From NCBI GenBank assembly GCA_030834445.1, contig JAURFC010000001.1:22544-86543 (forward strand): a stretch of 64,000 nt of DNA. Reading direction: 5' to 3'. The DNA comes from Bacillota bacterium. Lineage in GTDB: Bacteria; Bacillota_I; Bacilli_A; RFN20; CAG-826. The notes under the pieces were generated by a model, which worked only from the letters and a program-made list of their open reading frames with translations, was not told where the DNA came from and did no database searches. A program made the translations under genes and the position numbers. Every line of letters begins with the position of its first letter. Position 1 is the stretch's first letter. Of the stretch, positions 54,161 to 64,000 are shown piece after piece.

Positions 54161-56749
54161 ATGAAACCATTAACCGGACAACAAATTCGCACGATGTGGC
54201 TTGATTTTTTTGTGAGTAAAGGCCACGTCACCATTCCTTCTGCTAATTTAATTCCGTTTCAAGATCCCACCTTACTTTGGATTAATTCAGGGGTTGCAGC
54301 GATAAAAAAATACTTTGATGGCAGTGAAATTCCTTCCCATCGCCGTTTAACGAATGCTCAAAAAAGTTTACGAACGAACGATATCGAACAAGTCGGGTAC
54401 ACCGCCCGTCATCATACGTTTTTTGAAATGTTAGGCAATTTCTCCATTGGGGATTATTTCCGTGATGAGGTGATTCCGTGGGCTTGGGAACTCTTAACAA
54501 GTCCAAAATGGTTTGCACTCGATCCTAAAAAACTTTTTATGACGTACAGTCCTTTGGATGAGGCTACTAAAAAGAAGTGGTTACAATGTGGTGTGGATGA
54601 AGCCCATTTAATTCCTCTTGAAGGCAACTTTTGGGAGATTGGTGAAGGTCCGTGTGGTCCTGATACGGAAATCTTTTTTGATCGGGGTGAAGCATTTGAC
54701 CCCCAAAAATTAGGTGTCGAATTACTGCGTCAAGAAATCAACAACGATCGTTACATTGAAATTTGGAACATTGTTTTTTCGCAATTTAACGCGGTGACTG
54801 GTGTCAAACGTGAACTCTATAAAGAACTACCGAGTAAAAACATTGATACCGGTGCGGGCTTAGAACGCTTAGCGTGTGTCATGCAAGGTACCGAAACCAA
54901 CTTTGAAACCGATTTATTTTTTCCGATAATTCAACATGTTCAATCGTTAACCGATGTTGCGTATCAAGGCAACAATGTCCGGTCTTATCGCGTGATTGCT
55001 GATCACATTCGCACCTTAACGGTCACGTTAGCCGATGGTGCGGTCTTCTCTAATGAAGGTCGGGGGTATGTTTTACGTCGGATTTTACGCCGTGCGTTAC
55101 GATATGGACGTAAACTTGACTTATTAACCCCATTTTTATCAAGCCTCGTAAAAACCGCAGTTGCCATCCTTCAAGACGCCTATCCGAATGTGTTAGCCCG
55201 ACAAATCTTGATTGAAAAAATGATTCATCAAGAAGAACTCAAATTTATATCTACCTTAAATCATGGCGAATCGTTATTAAAATCAATGCTGGAAAAACAA
55301 CCGACGTTATCCGGTCACGATGCCTTTAAACTTTATGACACGTTTGGTTTTCCCATTGAACTCACCTTAGAAATTGCGCAAGAACAAGGGCAAAGCGTGG
55401 ATATGGAAGCGTTTAACCTAGCGATGCAAGAACAAAAAGAACGCGCCCGTCAAGCGCGAGCCCATGTCGATAGCATGGCGAAACAATCCCCTGCCTTAAT
55501 GGCGTTTTCTATGCCCACTCGTTTTGATTATGATGCCGTCACCTTAGAAGCCACAGTCATTGGGTTATTCGTGGATGGAGAAGCGGTTAACGAACTCGAA
55601 GAAGGTTGGGTTTTGTTAGATCAAACTCCTTTTTATGCGGAAAGTGGTGGTCAGATTAGTGATGTCGGCAGCTTACGTCACGCCACGATGGAAGCGCGTG
55701 TTCATAACGTTCAAAAAGCACCCCAAAAGCAACCCATGCACTTGATTCAATGTGATTATGGATCTATTAAGCTTGGGGATAAAGTCATCGCAACCATTGA
55801 CACCAAGCGTCGGTATGCGATTCGCCAACATCACTCGGCGGTGCACTTACTTCAAGCATCTTTAAAACGGCATATTGGGGATCATGTCTTACAACAAGGT
55901 TCGTTTGTGGGTCCTGATTATGCCCGATTTGACTTTTCTCAACCTGAAAAAATTCAAGAAGAAACGTTACGAATCATTGAAGCGGATGTCAATGAAATGA
56001 TTCAAGACGCGGTCGATAGTACCACCGAAATCTTACCCATTGACGAAGCCAAAAAAACAGGCGCAACCGCCCCCTTTGATGAAAAATATGGGGACATGGT
56101 TCGCATTGTAACCCTTGGTCCTCGTTCGAAAGAATTTTGTGGCGGAACACACATCAAAAATACGGCAGAAATTGGTGCCTTTGCGATTGTGTCTGAAGAA
56201 TCGATTGCCGCTGGGGTTCGCCGCATTCAAGTCGTCGCTGGTAAAGCAGCTTATGCCCACATGAAACAAAAAGAACTCATGTTAGCCTCAATTCAACACC
56301 AATTACAAGCGAGTTCACCCGTTGAAATTCGTGATCGCTTGAAAGCACTTATCCAAGAAAAAGAAACGTTAAAATCGACCGTTTCCATCTTGGAAAAACA
56401 ACAAATTAAGGGTCTTATCGCTTCCTTAACCATAACATCCTCCCCTCTCCCGTATCTTGCGGTTAATGTCGGATCTTTGTCACGAAATTTATTGGGTCAA
56501 GTGATGGATGAATTAAAAGTTAAATATCCCGAATCCATCTTAGTTTTGATGGCCGAAGACCATGGGCAATTCCCGCTTGTCATTTATGTCCATCCCCGTT
56601 ATCAAACCCCAACTCGTAAGGCCGGATTATGGATGAAAAAACTTGCGACCGCGATGGGCGGTTCCGGTGGAGGCCGCCAGGATTTAGCGTTTGGTTCGGG
56701 TAAACTAAAAATTGATCTTAGCAAATGGATCAAGGAAAATCTTGAATGA
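54161..56749 (+). CDS. alaS: Alanine--tRNA ligase
   Basis: HHTFFEMLGNFS, GPCGP, IDTGAGLER, HSAVHLL, EFCGGTH, GGSGGG. Confidence 0.97.
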   Translation: MKPLTGQQIRTMWLDFFVSKGHVTIPSANLIPFQDPTLLWINSGVAAIKKYFDGSEIPSHRRLTNAQKSLRTNDIEQVGYTARHHTFFEMLGNFSIGDYFRDEVIPWAWELLTSPKWFALDPKKLFMTYSPLDEATKKKWLQCGVDEAHLIPLEGNFWEIGEGPCGPDTEIFFDRGEAFDPQKLGVELLRQEINNDRYIEIWNIVFSQFNAVTGVKRELYKELPSKNIDTGAGLERLACVMQGTETNFETDLFFPIIQHVQSLTDVAYQGNNVRSYRVIADHIRTLTVTLADGAVFSNEGRGYVLRRILRRALRYGRKLDLLTPFLSSLVKTAVAILQDAYPNVLARQILIEKMIHQEELKFISTLNHGESLLKSMLEKQPTLSGHDAFKLYDTFGFPIELTLEIAQEQGQSVDMEAFNLAMQEQKERARQARAHVDSMAKQSPALMAFSMPTRFDYDAVTLEATVIGLFVDGEAVNELEEGWVLLDQTPFYAESGGQISDVGSLRHATMEARVHNVQKAPQKQPMHLIQCDYGSIKLGDKVIATIDTKRRYAIRQHHSAVHLLQASLKRHIGDHVLQQGSFVGPDYARFDFSQPEKIQEETLRIIEADVNEMIQDAVDSTTEILPIDEAKKTGATAPFDEKYGDMVRIVTLGPRSKEFCGGTHIKNTAEIGAFAIVSEESIAAGVRRIQVVAGKAAYAHMKQKELMLASIQHQLQASSPVEIRDRLKALIQEKETLKSTVSILEKQQIKGLIASLTITSSPLPYLAVNVGSLSRNLLGQVMDELKVKYPESILVLMAEDHGQFPLVIYVHPRYQTPTRKAGLWMKKLATAMGGSGGGRQDLAFGSGKLKIDLSKWIKENLE

Positions 56750-57171
56750 TTCCCTTTCCCTACTTAAGTTTTGATCTCGGCAAAAAGCGAATTGGCGTTG
56801 CCACCAAAAATCGTATTGGAATTATCACACCGTTACCCACGCTTTTTGTTCAAGGTCCCTTTCCGTTATTTTGGGAGAAACACCTACCCATGCTTCTTGA
56901 AAAATATATGCCAAAAGGTTTACTTTTTGGCGTTCCCCTTCAACCCAATGGTGAACCTTCTGAACAAACGCTCTGGGTAGAAAGTATTATTGAACAAACC
57001 AAAGGGTTAACCAACCTTCCCATTGCAACCGTTGGGGAGTTGCTTACCTCGGTGGAAGCGCATGAGCGTTTATTTGAAATGGGCATCCCCAGTAAAAAAC
57101 ATAAAGCGTATGTCGATTCCATCGCGGCACAAATAATTGCCGAAACGTATGAGAACAAACAAAAATCATAG
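56746..57171 (+). CDS. ruvX: YqgF/RuvX family nuclease
   Basis: FDLGKKRIGVA, GVP, E.LTS, VDSIAAQII. Confidence 0.88.
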   Translation: MIPFPYLSFDLGKKRIGVATKNRIGIITPLPTLFVQGPFPLFWEKHLPMLLEKYMPKGLLFGVPLQPNGEPSEQTLWVESIIEQTKGLTNLPIATVGELLTSVEAHERLFEMGIPSKKHKAYVDSIAAQIIAETYENKQKS

Positions 57172-57225
57172 TATTTTACCAAAATCCTTGTTAAAATAGA
57201 CAAGCACGAAAAAAGGAGTCGATCC

Positions 57226-57693
57226 ATGGAAGAAAAAATTCAATTAACGCGCGAAGGGTATGACAAACTCAACGCCGAATTACGTAATCTTATCGATGTC
57301 ATCCGCCCGGAAGTCATCGAACAACTTGCCTATGCACGTTCGTTAGGTGATTTATCAGAAAACGCTGATTATGACGCGGCAAAAGCTCGCCAAGCAGATG
57401 TTGAACAACGCATCCAACAACTCGAAGACATTTTAGCGAATGCGACGATCATTGAAGAAGTGAACACGAGCACCAAGGTTGTCAGTTTTGGTCGCACCGT
57501 GACGTTAAAAAACTTAACCAATTCAAAAACGTATACGTTTAAAATTGTTGGTACTCACGAAACGAATCCCTCTGAAGGCACGATTTCTAATGCCTCCCCA
57601 TTAGGTGAAGCCATCATGGGAGCAAAAATCAATGATAAAGTTACGGTTAAAGCACCTAAACCGTATCAAGTTCAAGTTCTTAAAGTCGAATAA
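57226..57693 (+). CDS. greA: Transcription elongation factor GreA
   Basis: LTREG..KL, ARSLGDLSENADYDAA, ISNASPLG. Confidence 0.96.
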   Translation: MEEKIQLTREGYDKLNAELRNLIDVIRPEVIEQLAYARSLGDLSENADYDAAKARQADVEQRIQQLEDILANATIIEEVNTSTKVVSFGRTVTLKNLTNSKTYTFKIVGTHETNPSEGTISNASPLGEAIMGAKINDKVTVKAPKPYQVQVLKVE

Positions 57694-57717
57694 GATTTTT
57701 ACCGTCTAATTATTCCC

Positions 57718-57749
57718 AACCTCCCCTATTACTAGGTGGAGGTTTTTTT
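57718..57749 (+). terminator. Terminator after greA (contains comEA RBS)
   Basis: AACCTCC-CCTA-ttac-TAGG-t-GGAGGTTTTTTT. Confidence 0.75.
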
Positions 57750-58274
57750 ATGTTTAAAGTCATTCTAGGTGTTCTATTTTTTACGATTATTTCGCTTGTC
57801 ATGTTTGTGAATTTAGATCCGAATATTTCTCAATCCTTGTCCGCATCATCCCTGGTGAGTGGGTATGCTTCGATTACCTTAACGGGTGAAGTGATTAAGC
57901 CAGGGACGTATCTCATGGATGAAAATACACCGTTATCGTCAGCGTTAGGTTTTGCAGGAGGGACGACGATGAATGCGGATGAGCTTGCCTACTCAAGCAC
58001 GCTTATCCTTCAACCGGGAATGGCGATTTATATTGCCCCAAAATATGATCCCAGTGATGTTTGTCAAAAAGAACCGATTGCTAAAATTGGTTTAAATAGT
58101 GCCACCAGTCAAGAATTAACGCAATTATCCAATGTCGGTCAAAGTCTTGCCGAGGCCATCTTACAATACCGGCAACAAGAAGGATCCTTCACCTATTTAG
58201 AAGAAATCATGAATGTATCTGGCATTGGTAATGCGACCTTTGTTCGCATTCGTAATTACATCACCTTGATGTAA
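57750..58274 (+). CDS. comEA: Competence DNA receptor ComEA
   Basis: N-terminal TM, SLBB-like GEVIKPGTY...AGG, HhH LNSATSQELTQL..VG..LA..I..YR...F..LEEIMNVSGIG. Confidence 0.88.
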   Translation: MFKVILGVLFFTIISLVMFVNLDPNISQSLSASSLVSGYASITLTGEVIKPGTYLMDENTPLSSALGFAGGTTMNADELAYSSTLILQPGMAIYIAPKYDPSDVCQKEPIAKIGLNSATSQELTQLSNVGQSLAEAILQYRQQEGSFTYLEEIMNVSGIGNATFVRIRNYITLM

Positions 58275-60242
58275 ATGGAACTGGCGTACGTATTCCTTTG
58301 GAGTCTAGGGCAATGGTTGCTTTATCATGAGGGCGTTGGATGGTATTTTCTAGGTTTACTCATCCTTGTTTATCCTTTACGACGATGGTGGAAACCGATG
58401 GTCCCTCTTTATGTGGGATGGGGTGTCATTGGGATGGTATTTCTCATTCAAAGTGTCTTCAAGCAACCAACCTACCGCGTAGTTCAAGCACAACCGCATT
58501 ATGTCATTGTGGAGCGGGCGACAACCCGTTATTACATTAGCCAACCTGAGACATTATGGGAGGTTGGGGATTACCTTGTTTGCCCAACCTCTCCTAAGAA
58601 AGCGCCGTTACGCATGACGACCTATGAAGGAAACTTTGATTTTGCTTCGTATTTATCGTTTTATCATGTTCAAGCAGAACTGTATTGCGATTGGCAAATC
58701 GCGTCTTCCTCATGGTTTCGGCCGCTATCGTGGAAAACCAACACGTTATCCTCATGGCAACCTTCGATACAACCGTATGTAAGTGCCATCCTTTGGGACG
58801 ATAATTTAAGTAGTCAACCAGGTCTCGATAGTTTATATCTACTTTCGATTAGCGGCCTGGGTTGGTGGACTCTTTTACACGTCGTGGATACTTTTTTAAA
58901 ACCGCTTCTCCGGGATAAGCATCATCGTCTCGGCATGACGGTCTTCGTTTTTCTATATGGCGGATTGATGATCACGGAAGCGAGTCTTTTTCGGGTGAGT
59001 ATGAGTTATCTTATTCCTCGGTGGGTTCCTAAACCAGCCCAACCATGGGTTAAACGGTTCGGATATGGCGTTTATATGATGTTGTTCCCCTTTGCTTTTT
59101 TACATACTGGTTTTTTTATTTATGCTTGTTTTGTCCTTTACTACCGAAAAATTGTTCCAATAATACACCGATATCCCTGGTTTAAAAATTTGAGTTTTCT
59201 CATGTTTGTCTATTTGCTTCAAGCGGTATTTTTTCAACACATTGTTTTCTTACAACCGCTCATCTTACCGTTATGGCTCCTTTTATTACCCCCCTTATGG
59301 ATTGGCGCGTGGTTCGCGACAGGATGGGTGAGTTTTCAAAAAGGGTGGGAAACGATTACCCGGTTTGTTTTTTCTCGCCTCACAGAAATGGCATCATTTA
59401 GCCCTGTTTATTATGTGCGGTCGTTCGATACTTTATTTCAGTTTTTAGGTCTTATTTTGCTCCTCTTGTGGGTATGGAGTTTACGTCACCATGTGTTTCC
59501 TTGGCTCAAGGTATTCACCATGGTCACTATTCTTTTTGTGTTCGTCACACAAATTACGTGGGAAACGTGGGTATACCCCTTTCGCATTCATTTCATTAAT
59601 GTGGGACAAGGCGATGCAACCTTGATTACGATCCAGCAAAAGACCATCCTGATTGATACGGGGGGTTCTTTATACCGCGATCTTGCTTCAGACGTCTTAG
59701 TGCCTTATTTCCGAAGACAAGGCATTCAAGGCTTAAATCATGTCATTATCACCCACGATGATTTTGATCATGGTGGTGCTTTATCTTCTCTACAAAAACA
59801 AATCCCAATCGGTGAAATTCACCGTTTTGAATTTTCTCAACTTCATGGTCCTTCATGGCAACTTAAAAATCTCAATCTTTGGCAAGATGAAGCGAAAGAA
59901 GATAATGAAAATTCGCTCATATTATGGTTCCAATACGCCTCATGTCGGGTTTTAATTACTGGGGATGCCTCCGTAGCCTTAGAAGAACGTCTCTTGTTTT
60001 ATTCTCCTCTAAGAGGGTTAGACGTTTTACGTATTGGTCATCACGGTTCGAATACATCCACGAGTGATGCCTTTTTGAAATGGACTCAACCACGTTATGC
60101 GGTGATTTCCGTGGGAGGGGGAAATCGTTATGGCCATCCGCATACGGACGTGATTGATCGTTTAAACGCAGCAAACATTCCCATCTTTCGTACCGATTTT
60201 CATGGGACAATTGTCATGAACTCTTGTACAATAAAAACATGA
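58275..60242 (+). CDS. comEC: DNA uptake channel ComEC
   Basis: Multi-TM, ISG motif, MBL domain FINVGQGDA, IDTGG, THDDFDH, TGD, HHGS.TST, NRYGHP. Confidence 0.9.
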   Translation: MELAYVFLWSLGQWLLYHEGVGWYFLGLLILVYPLRRWWKPMVPLYVGWGVIGMVFLIQSVFKQPTYRVVQAQPHYVIVERATTRYYISQPETLWEVGDYLVCPTSPKKAPLRMTTYEGNFDFASYLSFYHVQAELYCDWQIASSSWFRPLSWKTNTLSSWQPSIQPYVSAILWDDNLSSQPGLDSLYLLSISGLGWWTLLHVVDTFLKPLLRDKHHRLGMTVFVFLYGGLMITEASLFRVSMSYLIPRWVPKPAQPWVKRFGYGVYMMLFPFAFLHTGFFIYACFVLYYRKIVPIIHRYPWFKNLSFLMFVYLLQAVFFQHIVFLQPLILPLWLLLLPPLWIGAWFATGWVSFQKGWETITRFVFSRLTEMASFSPVYYVRSFDTLFQFLGLILLLLWVWSLRHHVFPWLKVFTMVTILFVFVTQITWETWVYPFRIHFINVGQGDATLITIQQKTILIDTGGSLYRDLASDVLVPYFRRQGIQGLNHVIITHDDFDHGGALSSLQKQIPIGEIHRFEFSQLHGPSWQLKNLNLWQDEAKEDNENSLILWFQYASCRVLITGDASVALEERLLFYSPLRGLDVLRIGHHGSNTSTSDAFLKWTQPRYAVISVGGGNRYGHPHTDVIDRLNAANIPIFRTDFHGTIVMNSCTIKT

Positions 60243-61186
60243 TTCGATTACTTCTTAGTCCCACACGTTATCAACAACAATTACAGTTATCGCTTTGGTT
60301 GAAGGATTATCCTGAAGATCAATGGGAGATTATGTCTATGGATGCTTTAACCACGACCATTCAAGATATTGTTCAAGAAGCCTACACCTTTACCTTATTA
60401 GGAAAACAGCGTCTTTTACTTATTCAAAATGCGTATTTTTTCACCTCTGTGCGTAAACCAAGCATCGATCAAGAACAAGATTTTGACGTATTTGAACAAC
60501 TGTTTCGTCAAACACTTGATTTACCGCACCTTATTTTTTTACTTGAAGAAGACGTCGATGGGAAAAATAAATGGGTCAAACTGATTAAACAATCCAACGA
60601 TGTCACCTTATTACCTGTCTTAAAAAAACAAGAATGGGCTCCTGTTCTCGAAAAAGCAATCCAGGAAAGAAAAATTCCCTGGGGTACTGGCGCCACATGG
60701 GCGTTAACCGAACGGTTATATCCGGATTTAGACCGCGCCATTAACGAGCTTGATAAATTACAATTACTGGGTGAAACGATTACAGAAAAACACATTCAAC
60801 GCTGGGTCCCTTTAACGTTAGAATCGAATGTCTTTGAACTGAGCAACGCGATATTAAAAGGCCAAATTAGAGAGGCTTTATCCATTTTTCGTGACTTAAG
60901 TTATCAACGCGTCGAACCGATCACCTTACTCACGTTAATGAGTCGCCAATTTCAAGGCATGGAAATTGTTTATGCCCTCGAAGAAAAAGGATTGTCGCCT
61001 ATCGCCATTGCTCAAGCACTTAATTGGCATGAGTACCGCGTAAAAGTATTATTGCAAGCCAAAAAGACATTTCCCTTATCACGTGTTGAAAATGCGGTAT
61101 CTTCGCTCGCGGACTTAGATTATCAAATTAAAAGTGGGCAAATAGATCGGATTCAAGCGTTTGAAATGTGGTTACTCAACGTTTAA
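60239..61186 (+). CDS. holA: DNA polymerase III delta subunit
   Basis: Follows comEC; NELDKL, ESNVFEL, LADLDYQIKSG. Confidence 0.9.
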   Translation: MIRLLLSPTRYQQQLQLSLWLKDYPEDQWEIMSMDALTTTIQDIVQEAYTFTLLGKQRLLLIQNAYFFTSVRKPSIDQEQDFDVFEQLFRQTLDLPHLIFLLEEDVDGKNKWVKLIKQSNDVTLLPVLKKQEWAPVLEKAIQERKIPWGTGATWALTERLYPDLDRAINELDKLQLLGETITEKHIQRWVPLTLESNVFELSNAILKGQIREALSIFRDLSYQRVEPITLLTLMSRQFQGMEIVYALEEKGLSPIAIAQALNWHEYRVKVLLQAKKTFPLSRVENAVSSLADLDYQIKSGQIDRIQAFEMWLLNV

Positions 61187-61188
61187 TT

Positions 61189-62049
61189 TTATTTTTTTAA
61201 AAGACGACCATAAAGCGAAGGACGACGATCGCGGAAAACGCCCCATGAATAACGATCTTTTCGAATCGCGGCTAAATCATACTCGGCATAAAGAATGCCT
61301 GCTTTGTCACGGGTTAATTGCTGAAGTAGCTGCCCGCAATGATCGGTGGCAAAACTTGAACCATAAAACGTCATGGCATGGTTTCCATAGGCCTCTTGAC
61401 CAATACGATTGGCCGCAATCACAGGAATAATATTACTCGCGGCATGGCCTTGCATAGTGGTTTGCCAATGTGCTTGAGAATCATGCGGAAGGGTTGGTTC
61501 AGAACCAATGGCCGTCGGATAAAGTAAAATATCCGCCCCTTCTAGGGTTAAAATACGGGCGACTTCCGGAAACCATTGATCCCAGCATATCCCGATACCA
61601 ATGTTTCCTACACTGGTTTCAAATACTTTAAATCCGGTATCCCCGGGGGAGAAATAAAATTTTTCTTGATAACTTTCTCCGGTAGGAATATGACTTTTAC
61701 GGTATTGACCCAGTAAACGACCATCCGCATCAATCATTACCAAGGAATTAAAAAATAAGTTTTTGTCTTTTTCAAAATAGGAAAGCGGCAAAACGACCTT
61801 TAGTTTTTTGGCAAGCGCTTGAAAAACGGGAAAAATATCATTCTTTTCATAATCAATCGCTAATTCAAAATGGTCATAATCTTCAATTTGGCAAAAGTAA
61901 TACCCTAAAAATAATTCAGGGAGAAGAATGAGTTTAGCACCTTTTTGGGCAGCGGTTTCAATCGCTTGAATCGCAGTTTGAATATTATCGTGGTGATTTT
62001 TTGACATCGCCATTTGAATGGCGGCGACTTTGAGAGGCGTACGGTCCAT
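61189..62049 (-). CDS. aguB: N-carbamoylputrescine amidase
   Basis: Nitrilase E-K-C triad (PELF, YRKSHIP, ICWDQWFPE); YPTAIGSEP, RDRRP. Confidence 0.92.
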   Translation of the reverse strand: MDRTPLKVAAIQMAMSKNHHDNIQTAIQAIETAAQKGAKLILLPELFLGYYFCQIEDYDHFELAIDYEKNDIFPVFQALAKKLKVVLPLSYFEKDKNLFFNSLVMIDADGRLLGQYRKSHIPTGESYQEKFYFSPGDTGFKVFETSVGNIGIGICWDQWFPEVARILTLEGADILLYPTAIGSEPTLPHDSQAHWQTTMQGHAASNIIPVIAANRIGQEAYGNHAMTFYGSSFATDHCGQLLQQLTRDKAGILYAEYDLAAIRKDRYSWGVFRDRRPSLYGRLLKK

Positions 62050-63151
62050 ACGTTAAGGCTCCTTGAGGTAATTGTTGGGTAATACAATGAATATTCCCAC
62101 CCCCTAATAATACTTCTTTCGTGTCTAACATCACGACTTTTCGATCCGGAAATGCTGCTTGTATTTGTTGGAGGGCGATTTCATCAAATTTTTGATTAAA
62201 TTTGGGAACAATAACCCCGCCATTAACGAGGTATAAGTTAAGGTAGGAGGCAGCAAGTCGTTCATTCATAGGGCGTTTTTTACTCACATCCGTGGGCGAC
62301 AAGGCTGCAGATTCAAAATACGTACGATGAATTGCTTTCGGCATCGTCACGGTGGTGATTTTTAAAGGGTTTCCGTCAAGATCGGTGGCAGCCTTTAATG
62401 CGGCCATCGTCCGTTCGGATAACGGTTGTTGCGCATCACGGACATCCGTTGCATACGCGAGTAGAACATGCCCAGGACCAATAAAGGTTGCCACATTATC
62501 GACATGTTCACGTGTTTCATCGTTATAAATGCCGCGTGGGAGCCAAATGACTTTTTTCGCCCCGAGGGCATCACGTAGCTTTTGTTCGATTTGCTCTTTG
62601 GAAAGGTTCGGATTGCGTCCGGGATGTAATAAATTATATTCCGTAACTAGAAGAAGACCGTTTTCATCTATGTGAAATGCGCCACCTTCCATCACAAAGT
62701 CGTTCATACGATACCGTTCAATGTGGAAGTAATCACACATGATTTCAGCCACTTTATCATCGGCATCCCATGGCGAATAAAGGCCGTGTGTTAAGCCCCC
62801 ATACGCATTAAACGTCCAATCAATCGCACGGACATCCTCCTTCGCATTAACGATAAAGGTGGGTGCGACATCGCGAGCCCAAGCATCGTCTGAAGGACAT
62901 TCAAAAAAGGTTATATTGGTAAGTTTGATGGATTCATACTGAGAAAAGAGGGTAGGGTGAACGCCGATAAAAACGGGTTCAAAATCACTGATCGCTTTGG
63001 CAATTGTTAAAAAAACATCACGAGCTTCTTTTCCATGATTTCGCCATACATCGCCACGAAAGGGCATGAGCATCAGTGTTCCATCGTGTGTTGCGTATTC
63101 TGGCGGCATGAAAAAGCCATCTTTTTTGGGGGAAGTTGTTAAGGCTTTCAT
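61985..63151 (-). CDS. aguA: Agmatine deiminase
   Basis: MPPEY..H, DAWARD, FNAYGG, EGG, HVDN, ASYLN, GGGNIHCITQQ. Start may be ATG 63151 or 63160. Confidence 0.93.
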   Translation of the reverse strand: MKALTTSPKKDGFFMPPEYATHDGTLMLMPFRGDVWRNHGKEARDVFLTIAKAISDFEPVFIGVHPTLFSQYESIKLTNITFFECPSDDAWARDVAPTFIVNAKEDVRAIDWTFNAYGGLTHGLYSPWDADDKVAEIMCDYFHIERYRMNDFVMEGGAFHIDENGLLLVTEYNLLHPGRNPNLSKEQIEQKLRDALGAKKVIWLPRGIYNDETREHVDNVATFIGPGHVLLAYATDVRDAQQPLSERTMAALKAATDLDGNPLKITTVTMPKAIHRTYFESAALSPTDVSKKRPMNERLAASYLNLYLVNGGVIVPKFNQKFDEIALQQIQAAFPDRKVVMLDTKEVLLGGGNIHCITQQLPQGALTYGPYASQSRRHSNGDVKKSPR

Positions 63152-63326
63152 ATAAATCATTATACCCTATTTTCTCCCTATCCTTTTTAACAACGCTTTT
63201 TACTCGTATTCAGGCACTTTTTTTAGAGGTTTAAAAGTGGTGAAAAAACCGCGAAAATATGAAAGACTTGACACAAAATAATTGAGTGATAACATAATTT
63301 CATACGATAAAGGAGACCAACTCAAT

Positions 63327-63557
63327 ATGGTATTAGAACAAATTCGTGAACTCGTAAGTAAAAAATTTAAAGTCGCTGCAGATAAAGTTACCTTAGAAAC
63401 CCGTCTTCGTGAAGATCTCAATGTGGATTCCTTAGATGCTGTTGAACTTGTCATGGAGCTCGAAGATGTCTTTGATATAAAAATCCAAGACGATGAAGCT
63501 CAAGCCCTTAAAACCGTGGGTGATATCGTTAATTTTGTCTCTGCTAAAAAAGCTTAA
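63327..63557 (+). CDS. acpP: Acyl carrier protein
   Basis: DLNVDSLDAVELVMELED; AAAGGAG RBS; TTGACA at 63268. Confidence 0.95.
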   Translation: MVLEQIRELVSKKFKVAADKVTLETRLREDLNVDSLDAVELVMELEDVFDIKIQDDEAQALKTVGDIVNFVSAKKA

Positions 63558-63562
63558 TTATT

Positions 63563-64000
63563 ATGGATTTTAAAAAGGTTCAAGACTTACTCAAGTATTT
63601 TGAATCGTCTAAATTAACAACCCTTTCTGTGGAAGAAGGGGATTTTAAATTGCATGTTTCAAAACTGAAGGATGTCCTCCCTGTTGCCCCCGCAGCCCCG
63701 GTGAATGAACCAAAAATGCTTCCTCCGGAAGTCACCCCTAAACAACAAACTAATACGGCGAACAAACCTACTGAAGACGTCTTGCTGAAAGATGTGACCT
63801 CCCCTCTCGTGGGAACCTTTTACGCCGCAAGCTCGCCCAATGCCGAACCCTTTATCAAAGTCGGTCAACAAGTGAATAAAGGTCAAACCATCTGTATTGT
63901 CGAAGCCATGAAAATCATGAATGAAATTACTTCTCCGTTTACAGGAGTGGTTGAAAAAATTAATTTCCGCAACGGAGACGTCGTTGGATTTAACGCCGTC
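63563..64000 (+). CDS. accB: Acetyl-CoA carboxylase biotin carboxyl carrier protein, 3' end truncated by window
   Basis: Not in the ORF track. Manual translation: MDFKKVQDLL...VTSPLVGTFY..SSP...PFIKVGQ...IVEAMKIMNEI (EAMK biotinylation motif). Confidence 0.93.
   Translation, partial: MDFKKVQDLLKYFESSKLTTLSVEEGDFKLHVSKLKDVLPVAPAAPVNEPKMLPPEVTPKQQTNTANKPTEDVLLKDVTSPLVGTFYAASSPNAEPFIKVGQQVNKGQTICIVEAMKIMNEITSPFTGVVEKINFRNGDVVGFNAV

Overview
A gene-dense 64 kb chromosomal segment from a low-GC Bacillota-type bacterium using genetic code 11. It is probably a genome-reduced, mollicute-like Bacilli lineage; this is inferred from gene content, the N-domain-less CIRCE-controlled ClpB, and cell-wall genes missing from their usual neighbourhoods. 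Most of the window is housekeeping: the complete atpIBEFHAGDC operon, prs, clpB, tRNA-Thr(GGT), thyX, rimP-nusA-rnpM-ylxQ-infB-rbfA, truB-ribF-rpsO-pepT-pnp-rnj-ftsK-acpS-pulA, plsC-pdp-dtd-mnmA, T-box-alaS-ruvX-greA-comEA-comEC-holA, aguAB and acpP-accB. The first ~15 kb is more accessory: a tyrosine recombinase, a large lipoprotein, a Wzc-like protein, GH3 and CotH. I saw no CRISPR array, rRNA, transposase or prophage. Most notable observations: (1) an unannotated 54-aa mini-gene with its own promoter, 5' hairpin, strong RBS, terminator and four phased cre/LacI-like operators, directly behind a full-length but catalytically eroded galactokinase homologue; (2) apparently widespread leaderless genes (-10 box 5-8 nt before ATG), including a palindromic bidirectional -10 element in only 17 bp between two divergent start codons; (3) several intact pseudo-enzymes (GalK-like, Wzc/BY-kinase-like, Mrr-like with an Arg/Ser-rich tail); (4) an ATP synthase c-subunit with a two-carboxylate Na+-binding signature. 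All protein calls come from motif recognition by eye; no searches were run.
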